Shown in pieces: positions 8,460 to 17,784 of a stretch of DNA of 39,173 bases (position 1 is its first letter; the number at the start of each line of letters is the position of its first letter). Made by a program: the position numbers and the translations under genes. The notes below the pieces were generated by a model. It saw only the letters and a program-made list of their open reading frames with translations, was not told where the DNA came from and searched no databases. The stretch lies in sequence record SRR22947725_3569; one strand, 5' to 3'.

Positions 8460-9617
8460 CTACTCAAATGGCCTTAGAAGTGATCTAGAAATAATGTGTC
8501 TTTGAATTTCGCTAGTACCATCCCAGATTCTTTCAACTCTATGATCGCGCCATATCCTCTCTAAAGGTAGTTCATCCATCAAGCCCATCCCACCTAATAT
8601 TTGAATGGCCTCATCTGAAATCATTGCGAGTGTTTCAGTAGCCTTCAGTTTTGCCATAGCAGCATCACTATTAGTCATTTCTCCTTGAGTATCTTTCCAA
8701 GCAGCCTTAAGCGTTAAGAGTTCAGCAGCCTGAAGTTCCATTGACATATCGGCAAGCTTAAAAGAGACACCTTGAAATTTCCCAATACGTTGACCAAATT
8801 GTTCTCGTGTCGCAGCCCACTCTGTGGCAATCTGTAAAGCTCTTTCAGCTCTACCAAGACACATAGCAGCAACAGATAACCGAGTAGCACCTAACCACTC
8901 ATTAGCTACATCAAAACCATGATCAACATCTCCCAGGACTTGAGATTCGTGGACGCGGCAGTTATCAAAATTCAATATAAAATTATGATAGCCTCTATGA
9001 GAGACACTGTTATATCCAGGCTCAACAGAAAAACCAGGAGTACCCATATCAACTAAAAAACTAGTAATCTTTTTTTTCTCACCCCTAGAAGTTTGTTCAA
9101 CCCCTGAAGCTGCAAATAAGATTACGAAGTCAGCCATATCAGCATGACTTATAAAATGCTTAGACCCATTAATTACAAAATCCTCACCATCTCGCTCAGC
9201 TTTACACTTCATAGAACGGACATCTGAACCAGCATTAGGCTCTGTCATTGCAAGACAGTCAACCTTTTCTCCTCGAATAGTGGGTAGAAGGTAATTATCT
9301 ACTTGAGACCCTTTACAAGCCAATAAAATATTACTTGGCCTTGCGACAATGTACTGAAGTCCAAAATTAGCTTTTCCCAATTCTTTCTCTAAAAGACATA
9401 ATGTTAATGTATCAAGTCCACCTCCACCATGAATTTCAGGCATATTGCATGCATAAATACCACTTTCAATAGCTTTTTGCTTTATTTTCTCTACAACTGA
9501 ATCTTCGATCTTATTGCTCTTTTCAACTTCATCTTCATGGGGATAGAGCTCCTTTTCAACAAAACTTTTGACAGAATCAATAATCATTTGTTGCTCATTT
9601 GACAGTCCAAAATCCAT
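8460..9617 (-). CDS. Acyl-CoA dehydrogenase; candidate gamma-butyrobetainyl-CoA dehydrogenase
   Basis: AMTEPNAGSD, NGSKHFIS, REQFG..IG.FQ, QILGGMG, RIWDGTSEIQR; substrate from context. Confidence 0.85.
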   Translation of the reverse strand: MDFGLSNEQQMIIDSVKSFVEKELYPHEDEVEKSNKIEDSVVEKIKQKAIESGIYACNMPEIHGGGGLDTLTLCLLEKELGKANFGLQYIVARPSNILLACKGSQVDNYLLPTIRGEKVDCLAMTEPNAGSDVRSMKCKAERDGEDFVINGSKHFISHADMADFVILFAASGVEQTSRGEKKKITSFLVDMGTPGFSVEPGYNSVSHRGYHNFILNFDNCRVHESQVLGDVDHGFDVANEWLGATRLSVAAMCLGRAERALQIATEWAATREQFGQRIGKFQGVSFKLADMSMELQAAELLTLKAAWKDTQGEMTNSDAAMAKLKATETLAMISDEAIQILGGMGLMDELPLERIWRDHRVERIWDGTSEIQRHIISRSLLRPFE

Positions 9618-9641
9618 TTTTTATCCTTAGATTAAATTAAT

Positions 9642-10169
9642 TTATTTATTAACGCTCATTACACGCCCCTTTTGCTTGGGTAACGTTAATTTTTGGTGAG
9701 ATTCCCATATTTTTTCAAGAATTGCAAACACAGAAGGGCTAATCTCGCTTGCTTTTGCTTTCTTCATATCTACATGGATTAACATTTGTTCTGTGGTAGC
9801 TAATAGGCTTCCAGTGACTTCATGGAACATCTGATGAAAAATGTGAAGCCTTTTCGAATCTAGTCCTAATATTTGTGTTGCAAAGGTTAAGGGTTCTTCC
9901 TCAGAAGCCTCCAAATAGTAATTAATGTGAGTTTCAACTGTATAGAAGGATTGTCCAGCCAGCCTATAGTTATTATCAATCCCTATATATTGAAATAAAG
10001 CATCAGACGCATCACCAAATGCATAGAGGTAAAAGGATTCACTCATATGACCATTGTAATCAATCCAGTCTCGATGCACTTTAGCATTGTATATAGCTAA
10101 AGGTTCATTTAAATTATCGTCTTCAGAAAAATGCTTATATTTTCTTTTTAGATATATTTCGTTATCCAT
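9642..10169 (-). CDS. Hot-dog-fold acyl-CoA thioesterase (4HBT-like; CdhB/betainyl- or carnitinyl-CoA thioesterase type)
   Basis: WIDYNGHM.E..Y, SFYTVETHINY, KRLHIFH, LLATTEQMLIHVD resemble the thioesterase associated with carnitine dehydrogenases. Confidence 0.75.
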   Translation of the reverse strand: MDNEIYLKRKYKHFSEDDNLNEPLAIYNAKVHRDWIDYNGHMSESFYLYAFGDASDALFQYIGIDNNYRLAGQSFYTVETHINYYLEASEEEPLTFATQILGLDSKRLHIFHQMFHEVTGSLLATTEQMLIHVDMKKAKASEISPSVFAILEKIWESHQKLTLPKQKGRVMSVNK

Positions 10170-10224
10170 ATGTCGTCAAAATTACTTATAAGATTAGAAT
10201 GTAATGAGAACTCAATAAATAAAG

Positions 10225-10234
10225 ATTATATAAT
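10225..10234. promoter_or_regulatory. Palindromic double -10 element between divergent genes
   Basis: ATTATATAAT gives TATAAT on both strands, between thioesterase (-) and yihA (+). Confidence 0.5.
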
Positions 10235-10262
10235 GGATTAAAAGCCTCGCAATACTTGAATT

Positions 10263-10868
10263 ATGCATAATTCCTACCGTCAAGCTAAATTTCTCTTATC
10301 GTGTCCTTCTCTTAAAGGCTGTCCTAATGATAGTGGCTATGAGGTGATTTTTGCAGGCCGCTCTAATGCAGGAAAATCCAGTGCAATCAACACACTCACT
10401 GAACAAAAGAAATTGGCTAAAGTCAGCAGGACACCGGGCAGAACTCAGCACCTTGTTTTCTTTGAGCTTGATAATGAACGAAGACTTGTTGACCTGCCAG
10501 GTTATGGCTACGCCAAAGTTCCGGATTCAGTTAAGCGGGATTGGCATCAGAATATGAGTCAATACTTTGATAATCGCAAATGTATCAAGGCCGCTATACT
10601 GGTAATGGATTGCCGCCATCCTCTTAAACCTTTCGACCAAATGATGTTGGAGTGGTGTATCAACAGTAAAGTCTCAGTAAATATCTTATTAACTAAATCT
10701 GATAAATTAAAAAAGGGTGCTGCAAGTTCCGCTAGACTCTCAGTTATGAAAGCGGTCAAAGATTTTCCTTCAGTCAATGTCCAGCTCTTCTCATCTTTAA
10801 AAAAGGAAGGTGTTCCTGAACTCTGTATGTATTTAGACAAGGTATTTGAAATGAATAATGAGAGTTAA
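10263..10868 (+). CDS. yihA: Ribosome biogenesis GTPase YihA/YsxC (EngB)
   Basis: G1 [35 protein letters not shown]. Confidence 0.96.
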   Translation: MHNSYRQAKFLLSCPSLKGCPNDSGYEVIFAGRSNAGKSSAINTLTEQKKLAKVSRTPGRTQHLVFFELDNERRLVDLPGYGYAKVPDSVKRDWHQNMSQYFDNRKCIKAAILVMDCRHPLKPFDQMMLEWCINSKVSVNILLTKSDKLKKGAASSARLSVMKAVKDFPSVNVQLFSSLKKEGVPELCMYLDKVFEMNNES

Positions 10869-13362
10869 TATAGATCTCTCAGCTATTCAGTCAAAAGATA
10901 CGATTATTGCTGCGAATAATCGTCAAGCTCTTGCTATTAAGCAATCAATGGCGCTTATAAGTGGCACTTCCAAAATGCCAAAAATATTCTCTTATCAATC
11001 TTGGGTTGAAAAGTTCTGGAGATCTAATCATCCAACAAAAGAATATCGCCTACTAAGCCAACTTGAGTTAAGGTTCATGTTAAAAAAATTTTGCAAAGAT
11101 AGTTCTGTTAAAAATCCTGACACTTTTATTGATGAATTAATTAAATGCTACAGACTCTCTAAGAGCTATGGCATTTCAGTTACTGAAATAAAAACTTTTC
11201 CATCCATTACATCTAAGCTTTACGTTGAATTAATCGATAGATATGAAAAATTTAAACACAACAATCTTTGCATAGATCAAACTGATATTTTTAACTTGTC
11301 TTTGGGCAATTTTAAGAGCACACTAGACAGTGAAGGACAATATTATCAATATGGTTTCAATGAGCCAACACCCGAGCAAAGACTGCTCTTCAAAGCTCTT
11401 AATTGCTTACCAATATCAAGTCGTAAAATAATGAATCTTTCACAGAATTATTCATTCACTGATCAAGAGTCTGAATTAAAAACAATAGCAAAATGGGCCA
11501 GAGAAATCAATCTCAATAATCCAGAAAAAAAAATTGGTATTGTCATCCCTAATTTAAATGACTTGCAGCATCTAGTGAGATCATCCTTTGATCTTGAGTT
11601 CTCATCTCACCTCATTGAAACTCATCAAAAGCCCTACAACATATCTTTGGGAATTCCGCTTGGCACTTATCCTCTGATTAAAAATCTTTTTTCCATAACG
11701 AAGTTATCTTCTCAACTTATTAATGGTCTTGTCGAACATGAATTGTTAATTCAGGTAATTACATCACCATATATCAAAGGCGCAAGAAGTGAGCAAAATA
11801 ATCGCGCACTGCTTGTGAATAAAATTCTAAAAATTGACTCTAAAAAAAGTAAATCAAAAAAAGTTATTGAGTTGTGTACTGACTCTTCATTGCTCAAAGA
11901 GATTTTTATTTCAATCAGCACACTTGAATTTGCGAATAAATTAGCTTTAGAGGATTCATTAGAGGCAATCAACTCAATACTACTTCTTTGCGGCTTTGTT
12001 TCAGATCGAACACTTTCAAGTAGTGAGTATCAAATTTTTGAAAAGTATCAAGTGGAAAGCTTGATCCTTAATAAGATGTCAACATTTTACAAAAAATCAT
12101 CTCTTGAAGATGTGATAGAAATTTTAACTGCCCATATGAATGCAGTTATATTCCAGCCTCAAAGTGGTCCTGCTAATATTTACATATTAGGTTCATTGGA
12201 AGCTGAAGGATTATTCTTTGATTATGCTTGGATCTCCAGTATGACTAGCGACTTCCTTCCAGGAAAAATACAAATGCCCCTATTCATTCCTCCTAAAACT
12301 TCTATTGAATATTGTTTGCCAAAGACAAGCTTCACACTCATCAGTAAAGAAAGTGAGGTAACTCTTGATAACTTATTAAACCTTAGTAGCAGTCTAATAA
12401 TTAGCTATTCCAAAACCTCTAATAATCGCGATGAGCTCCCATCACCTTATATAGATTTTGAGGATTATCCTAATGTTATAGTTCATGAAACGCTACCAAA
12501 AGAAATGGAATTAGTGGATGATTTTATTGCGCCAGAAATAGATAATTTTGAAATTAAAAGAGGTGTCAGCACCCTCCAAGATCAAATAAGTTGTAGCTTC
12601 AAAGGGTTTGTTAGTAGACTAAATATTCAAGAATTTAATGAACCTCAGATTGGTCTCAGTAGAATAGAGCAGGGCAGCCTTGTTCATAAAATATTAGAGA
12701 ATTTTTTCAATGCAATACCATCTAGTTCCGATTTAAAAAACTTACCTGAAGACAAACTACAGGAAGAAATTAACAAACATATTAATTCAGCCATTCATTT
12801 AATTTCTCAATCAAACTTTAAATCAATTGAAAAGGAAAGGCTTACAAAAATTATTAATGAATATATTAAGCTTGAGAAAAATCGAGAATACTTTAAAGTC
12901 ATCAAGACAGAGTCAGAGTCCAAAGTTGATGTTAATGGTCTTCAATTTTCTACTCGAATAGATCGAATGGATAAAATGAAAGATGGTACAAATCTCATCA
13001 TTGATTATAAAACAGGTCAGAACGTCAGTTTAAGTCAGCTAACTGGCGATCCTTTAGATCAGGCTCAACTTCCAATCTACGCCATTACTAATCCAGTAGC
13101 TGGGATCGCCTTTGCAACTGTTAACTCCAAAGATTGTCAATTTAAGGCAATAACAAAAAATAAATTTGATTTACCATTAAGTCAACAAGCGATTAAAAGA
13201 ATGCCGGTATGGAATGAACAGGTTTCTGAGTGGGAGCTAGAACTCAATTCAGCAAGTCAAAAATTTCAGGAAGGAGTCGCAGAAGTTTTACCCACATCCA
13301 ATGCCTGTGATTACTGTGATTATGATCTACTTTGCAGATTTCAGAAATCTAGTAATAACTGA
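10858..13362 (+). CDS. AddB/RexB-like DNA repair protein with C-terminal PD-(D/E)XK nuclease and Fe-S cysteines
   Basis: Degenerate helicase-like N-terminus (ANNRQA, GIVIPNL, YNISLG.PL, LEAEGL.FD), nuclease motifs RIDRMD / IIDYKTG / QLPIY, Cys in QISCSF and [11 protein letters not shown]; overlaps yihA by 11 bp. Confidence 0.8.
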   Translation: MRVNIDLSAIQSKDTIIAANNRQALAIKQSMALISGTSKMPKIFSYQSWVEKFWRSNHPTKEYRLLSQLELRFMLKKFCKDSSVKNPDTFIDELIKCYRLSKSYGISVTEIKTFPSITSKLYVELIDRYEKFKHNNLCIDQTDIFNLSLGNFKSTLDSEGQYYQYGFNEPTPEQRLLFKALNCLPISSRKIMNLSQNYSFTDQESELKTIAKWAREINLNNPEKKIGIVIPNLNDLQHLVRSSFDLEFSSHLIETHQKPYNISLGIPLGTYPLIKNLFSITKLSSQLINGLVEHELLIQVITSPYIKGARSEQNNRALLVNKILKIDSKKSKSKKVIELCTDSSLLKEIFISISTLEFANKLALEDSLEAINSILLLCGFVSDRTLSSSEYQIFEKYQVESLILNKMSTFYKKSSLEDVIEILTAHMNAVIFQPQSGPANIYILGSLEAEGLFFDYAWISSMTSDFLPGKIQMPLFIPPKTSIEYCLPKTSFTLISKESEVTLDNLLNLSSSLIISYSKTSNNRDELPSPYIDFEDYPNVIVHETLPKEMELVDDFIAPEIDNFEIKRGVSTLQDQISCSFKGFVSRLNIQEFNEPQIGLSRIEQGSLVHKILENFFNAIPSSSDLKNLPEDKLQEEINKHINSAIHLISQSNFKSIEKERLTKIINEYIKLEKNREYFKVIKTESESKVDVNGLQFSTRIDRMDKMKDGTNLIIDYKTGQNVSLSQLTGDPLDQAQLPIYAITNPVAGIAFATVNSKDCQFKAITKNKFDLPLSQQAIKRMPVWNEQVSEWELELNSASQKFQEGVAEVLPTSNACDYCDYDLLCRFQKSSNN

Positions 13363-14406
13363 CAACCTTTCTTCTAATAGCTCTTGAGCAATATTCAAAT
13401 TTTTTAAATCTGAAATCTTTATCGAGTTAAGTAGAACTTGTAATTGAACAATTTGGGCTGTATTTAACCCAAGATTATCAAAAACGGTAAGAATAATTTC
13501 AAACCTCTTTTTTCGCCTTAACCCATCACTTTTAAGAAAGAAATTTAATACGTCTTGAGGACTATGCTTTAGGAATTCAGATGCAAATTGATGCCATGTA
13601 GATACAAGCTCAGCAATTTGCTGAAAATCTTTTGGGCACTTAAGGTGCTCGCAGAGCAAATCAATATTAGTACTGCTTTGATTAGATAGCCAGAGAGCGA
13701 ACTTTACTTCAGGGTCCAAATCTGGCACATCTAGCATCTGAAAATTTTGATTTTGAACAACCTCCAGCATTGGAAACAATCTTTGGTAGGCGCCTGACTC
13801 CATTAAAAGTTCAAAGAAAACTGAAGGTGACTTTGACTCCATCGAAAGAGATATCTCCTTAAAAACTCGCTCTGGAGTAAGCGCATCTACCTCACCTGAA
13901 GTGACCATCTTTCTCATTAAGTCAAGAGTTTTAGGATCTACTGTAAAACCAAGATAATCAAATCGTGATGCAAATCTTGCCGTCCTAAGAACCCTAACTG
14001 GATCCTCGGTAAATGCATCAGATACATGGCGAAGTTTCTTCTGCTTTAAATCCTCGATTCCATCAAAGGGATCGATATATTCTCCAGTTCCATCCTTATT
14101 TTGAGCTATGGCGTTAATGGTAAGATCTCTTCTAGAGAGATCCTGCTCTAAAGTCACAGAGTTTGCTGTATCAAAAGCAAAACCCTTATAACCCCTACCA
14201 ATCTTTCGTTCTATACGAGCCAGAGCATACTCATCCTTCGTTTCAGGATGAAGGAATACTGGAAACTCTTTCCCAACCTGACGAAATCCTAATGAACTCA
14301 TCTCTTCTGGAGACGAGCCAACTACAACAAAGTCTTTTTCTGTTGACTCGTTAGCGATACCAAGAATTCTATCCCGTATTGCACCACCGACTAAAAATTC
14401 TTTCAT
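13327..14406 (-). CDS. cca: CCA tRNA nucleotidyltransferase (class II), short form
   Basis: VGGAIRD, VGKEFPVFLHP, EYALAR.ERK.G.GY.GF, DLSRRDLTINA, EDPVRVLR.ARF. Confidence 0.93.
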   Translation of the reverse strand: MKEFLVGGAIRDRILGIANESTEKDFVVVGSSPEEMSSLGFRQVGKEFPVFLHPETKDEYALARIERKIGRGYKGFAFDTANSVTLEQDLSRRDLTINAIAQNKDGTGEYIDPFDGIEDLKQKKLRHVSDAFTEDPVRVLRTARFASRFDYLGFTVDPKTLDLMRKMVTSGEVDALTPERVFKEISLSMESKSPSVFFELLMESGAYQRLFPMLEVVQNQNFQMLDVPDLDPEVKFALWLSNQSSTNIDLLCEHLKCPKDFQQIAELVSTWHQFASEFLKHSPQDVLNFFLKSDGLRRKKRFEIILTVFDNLGLNTAQIVQLQVLLNSIKISDLKNLNIAQELLEERLSVITRFLKSAK

Positions 14407-14424
14407 AAATATTAACTTTAGATA

Positions 14425-14454
14425 TTGATGTTCATCTTAAATTTCTCTTATAAT
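14425..14454 (+). promoter_or_regulatory. Sigma70-like promoter of msrB
   Basis: TTGATG(14425-14430)-18 bp-TATAAT(14449-14454), ending 6 nt before the ATG at 14461. Confidence 0.5.
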
Positions 14455-14460
14455 ACACGA

Positions 14461-14835
14461 ATGGACAAAAAGAATAATTTATCACCCGAAGCCTATCATA
14501 TCACTCAAGAATGTGGAACAGAGCCACCGTTCTCTGGTGAGTACTATAACCATAGTGAAACTGGTCACTATCACTGCATCTGTTGCGACGCACTTTTATT
14601 CGAATCTAGCACTAAATTTGACTCAGGAAGTGGCTGGCCAAGCTTTTATGAACTCGCCAATAGTGAATGTGTAAAGCAGCTAGAAGATGATTCACTAGGT
14701 CATATGAGAATTGAAGTAAGATGCTCCTCATGTGATGCTCATTTAGGCCATGTTTTTCCCGATGGACCTCAGCCCACTGGAAAGCGTTACTGTATAAACT
14801 CAGTTGCTTTAAATTTTGCTGGTGATGAGTCATAA
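14461..14835 (+). CDS. msrB: Peptide-methionine (R)-S-oxide reductase MsrB, Zn-binding type
   Basis: GTEPPFSG, CICC and CSSC Zn ligands, KFDSGSGWPSF, HLGHVFPDGP, RYCINS; ATG 14461 preferred over TTG 14425. Confidence 0.95.
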   Translation: MDKKNNLSPEAYHITQECGTEPPFSGEYYNHSETGHYHCICCDALLFESSTKFDSGSGWPSFYELANSECVKQLEDDSLGHMRIEVRCSSCDAHLGHVFPDGPQPTGKRYCINSVALNFAGDES

Positions 14836-14859
14836 CTCATTTCAAAAGAAAATCTTTAT

Positions 14860-15645
14860 TTAAAATAAAATAACCATTGCTGCAAGAAAGGCCAAGAAAA
14901 TTGAGAACCATTTTTTGAGTTTATTGCTATCTATAAGGTGCGTCACTTTTGCTCCTAATGGAGCAAAAAAAACACTTGAAGCAGCGATTGTAATTAACGC
15001 TTCAAAGTTTACAAAACCAATACCGCCAGTTTGAAGAACTTGAGATGAACCAGCTACCATAAAGCCAATGCTTCCAGCAATAGCAATAGGCATTCCTACC
15101 GCTGCAGAAGTAGCAATTGCATTTTTTATTTGAATATTGTTATACACCAAGAATGGGGTAGTCATTGTTCCTCCACCAATCCCAACCATGGCTGAAATCA
15201 AACCTATAACGTACCCCGCGAATGACCAAACCCACCTTGACAACTTGTCAGCATGGCCTGATGCGCTAATGCCGAACCACATAATTAAAGCAACACAAAT
15301 TTCAAATAAGGCAAAGAACACCCTTAGAAAATCAAAGCTTAAATATTTAGCCAAAATAGCACCACTATAAGAGCCCACTAAAATTGTTGGAGTAAGCTTA
15401 ACAAAGTTTCTCCAAAGAATAGCCCCATGACGATGGTGCGCATAAAGACTTGAGATAGATGTAAAGACAATGACCGCTAGTGCAGTACCAATTGAAGTAT
15501 GCATTAAGATTGATTGATCAATTGATGGTGCTAATAAATACAGGAGTATTGGCACAATTATTAGACCACCACCAATACCAAGCAGGCCTGCTACAAAACC
15601 TGAAAAAGAGCCTAGCAATAAAAAGAGGATAGTTAGCTCACTCAT
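14860..15645 (-). CDS. TauE/SafE (TSUP) family permease
   Basis: Two repeats AGLLGIGGGLIIVP and SAMVGIGGGTMTTP, ~8 TM helices, APLGAK. Confidence 0.88.
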   Translation of the reverse strand: MSELTILFLLLGSFSGFVAGLLGIGGGLIIVPILLYLLAPSIDQSILMHTSIGTALAVIVFTSISSLYAHHRHGAILWRNFVKLTPTILVGSYSGAILAKYLSFDFLRVFFALFEICVALIMWFGISASGHADKLSRWVWSFAGYVIGLISAMVGIGGGTMTTPFLVYNNIQIKNAIATSAAVGMPIAIAGSIGFMVAGSSQVLQTGGIGFVNFEALITIAASSVFFAPLGAKVTHLIDSNKLKKWFSIFLAFLAAMVILF

Positions 15646-15669
15646 AGCATATAGTCTGTTTACTAGCGA

Positions 15670-16251
15670 TCAGCTTTTCCAAATATGTTCGGCAAAGTGC
15701 TTTCTGCACATCGACTGGTATCGATCATTACCACCAATAACCACCTGATCTCCATCCTCAATAACGTTTCCATTTTCATCAATACGAACCACCATCGTTG
15801 CTTTACTTCCACAGTGACAAATGGTCTTCAATTCAATGAGATTATCGGCCCATGCAAGGAGATGTTGACTGCCAGGAAAAAGCTCTCCACGAAAGTCTGT
15901 GCGAATTCCATAACACAAAACTGGAACATCAAAGCTATCAACAGCTTTTGCCAATTGCATGACTTGCTCTCTACTAAGGAATTGACTCTCATCAATCAAA
16001 ACACAATCAATAGGCTCTTTAAGATTTTGTTCAGAAAGAATTTTGAACAAGTCATCATCTTTATGAAAGAGATGCGCCTCTGCTTCAAGACCAATTCTTG
16101 AAGTAACTTTTCCTACACTATAACGATTGTCAATTGCTGCAGAAAGAATAAGAGGAGTCATGCCCCTCTCTTTATAGTTGTATGCTGACTGAAGAAGGGA
16201 AGTTGATTTACCAGCATTCATTGCAGAATAATAAAAGTATAGCTTAGCCAA
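15670..16251 (-). CDS. tdk: Thymidine kinase
   Basis: [44 protein letters not shown] start with AGAGG RBS. Confidence 0.96.
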   Translation of the reverse strand: MAKLYFYYSAMNAGKSTSLLQSAYNYKERGMTPLILSAAIDNRYSVGKVTSRIGLEAEAHLFHKDDDLFKILSEQNLKEPIDCVLIDESQFLSREQVMQLAKAVDSFDVPVLCYGIRTDFRGELFPGSQHLLAWADNLIELKTICHCGSKATMVVRIDENGNVIEDGDQVVIGGNDRYQSMCRKHFAEHIWKS

Positions 16252-16285
16252 AATATTGCCTCTAATTATTGAAAATAACTCTTAC

Positions 16286-16315
16286 TGTATTTATTCCAAA
16301 CTAAGAATAAATACA
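16286..16315. repeat. Perfect 11-bp inverted repeat between aspA and tdk
   Basis: TGTATTTATTC-caaactaa-GAATAAATACA; minus-strand TATAAT at 16322-16327. Confidence 0.7.
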
Positions 16316-16350
16316 TTTGAAATTATAATACTCGTTATACGATAGCGAAA

Positions 16351-17748
16351 TTATTGAATATTGGGTTTTGTGAGGTTGTCAACATGCAAAACTTCATTCA
16401 CCTGTTCTTCAGTCATCAAGCCTTCTTTAATGATGATTTCTCTCACAGTAACTCCATCTGCAAGTGATTTCTTAGCGATACGTGCTGACTCTTTGTAACC
16501 TAAATGCGGTGTAAAGAAGGTCGCTATACCTGGACTTTGTTCAACATATTTTGCGCAGACTTCTACATTCGCAGTAATTCCATTGACACATTTTGTTCTT
16601 AGCATGACCATTGCATTAGTCATGTAGCGCAATGAACGAAGAATATTAACAGCTAAGACAGGTTCAAATGCATTGAGCTGCATTTGGCCAGCTTCTGCTG
16701 CTAATGTAATGACCAAATCATTTCCAATAACCTGAAAAGCGGTTTGATTGACTGCCTCTGGAATTACCGGATTAACTTTTCCAGGCATAATTGAAGATCC
16801 TGCTTGAACTGCTGGAAGATTGATCTCATTAAAACCAGCAATTGGACCGGAAGAGAGTAATCTTAAATCATTAGAGATTTTTGAAAGCTTTATAGCCACT
16901 CGCTTAAGAACAGAAGAGAATGACACAAAAGCACTGGTATCAGATGTTGCAGCAATTGGATTTGGAGCAAGAACCAAAGGGAGTCCAGATAAATCTGCCA
17001 AGGCTTCTACTGCTATTTTTGGATAATCTAGATGACTATTAATACCTGTTCCAATAGCTGTGGCACCTAAATTGACCTCCAAAAATAGTTGAGACATCTC
17101 ATTAAGCCTTTTAATATCATCTAGCAATGTATTACCGAAAGCAGTAAATTCCTGTCCAAGACTCATTGGAACAGCATCTTGGAGTTGTGTTCGTCCCATT
17201 TTAATGACGTCGGCAAATTCGACGCCTTTTGCATGAAAAGACTCAGAGAGAGATTTGATTGCCTCTAATAGAGGGTCATACTCTTTCAAAAATCCAACCA
17301 ATAAAGCTGTCGGATAGGTGTCATTCGTTGACTGTGACATATTGACATGATTAAGCGGTGATATTGTTTCATAGTCACCCTTTTCTTTGCCAATTAATTC
17401 GAGTGCAACATTAGCAATAACTTCATTAGCATTCATATTGGTTGAGGTTCCAGCACCACCCTGGATTATTTCAACAATAAACTGATCATGGAACTCACCA
17501 TTGATAATCCTCTCACAAGCAGCGACTATTGGATGATAAATATCGTTATCTAATAATCCTAGCTGGTTATTGGCGCGAGCACAAGCCAGTTTAACCATGG
17601 CATAAGCTATTACAATATTTGGGTAAACTGAAATTGCAACGTCAGCTATTGGAAAATTATCTACTGCTCGCATGGTATGAATACCGTAATAAGCATCACT
17701 AGATATTTTCATTTCACCCAAGAAATCTGATTCAATTCTGTATTTCAT
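16351..17748 (-). CDS. aspA: Aspartate ammonia-lyase
   Basis: YYGIHT.RA..NF, QGGAGTSTNMNANEVIAN, SQSTND.YPT, KMGRTQLQDAVP, GSSIMPGKVNP, AEAGQMQLNAFEP. Confidence 0.92.
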   Translation of the reverse strand: MKYRIESDFLGEMKISSDAYYGIHTMRAVDNFPIADVAISVYPNIVIAYAMVKLACARANNQLGLLDNDIYHPIVAACERIINGEFHDQFIVEIIQGGAGTSTNMNANEVIANVALELIGKEKGDYETISPLNHVNMSQSTNDTYPTALLVGFLKEYDPLLEAIKSLSESFHAKGVEFADVIKMGRTQLQDAVPMSLGQEFTAFGNTLLDDIKRLNEMSQLFLEVNLGATAIGTGINSHLDYPKIAVEALADLSGLPLVLAPNPIAATSDTSAFVSFSSVLKRVAIKLSKISNDLRLLSSGPIAGFNEINLPAVQAGSSIMPGKVNPVIPEAVNQTAFQVIGNDLVITLAAEAGQMQLNAFEPVLAVNILRSLRYMTNAMVMLRTKCVNGITANVEVCAKYVEQSPGIATFFTPHLGYKESARIAKKSLADGVTVREIIIKEGLMTEEQVNEVLHVDNLTKPNIQ

Positions 17749-17784
17749 AGATTGAAATAACTATTAATTAAATATTGATAATTT

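Noticed and set aside
4496-9617. Idea that the cytochromes are electron acceptors for the acyl-CoA dehydrogenase cassette
   Set aside because: Cytochromes are periplasmic, have their own promoter element and belong to the conserved yihA-c4 locus; acyl-CoA dehydrogenases use ETF
10858-13362. Cas4-like or anti-phage nuclease interpretation
   Set aside because: Length and inactive helicase-like N-terminus fit AddB; no CRISPR repeats, cas or defence genes nearby
15685-16101. 138-aa plus-strand ORF
   Set aside because: Entirely antisense to tdk; no RBS or motif; shadow ORF
16283-16302. LexA-box-like TACTGTATTTATTCCAAA upstream of tdk
   Set aside because: Right half lacks the essential CAG; better explained as one arm of the 11-bp inverted repeat
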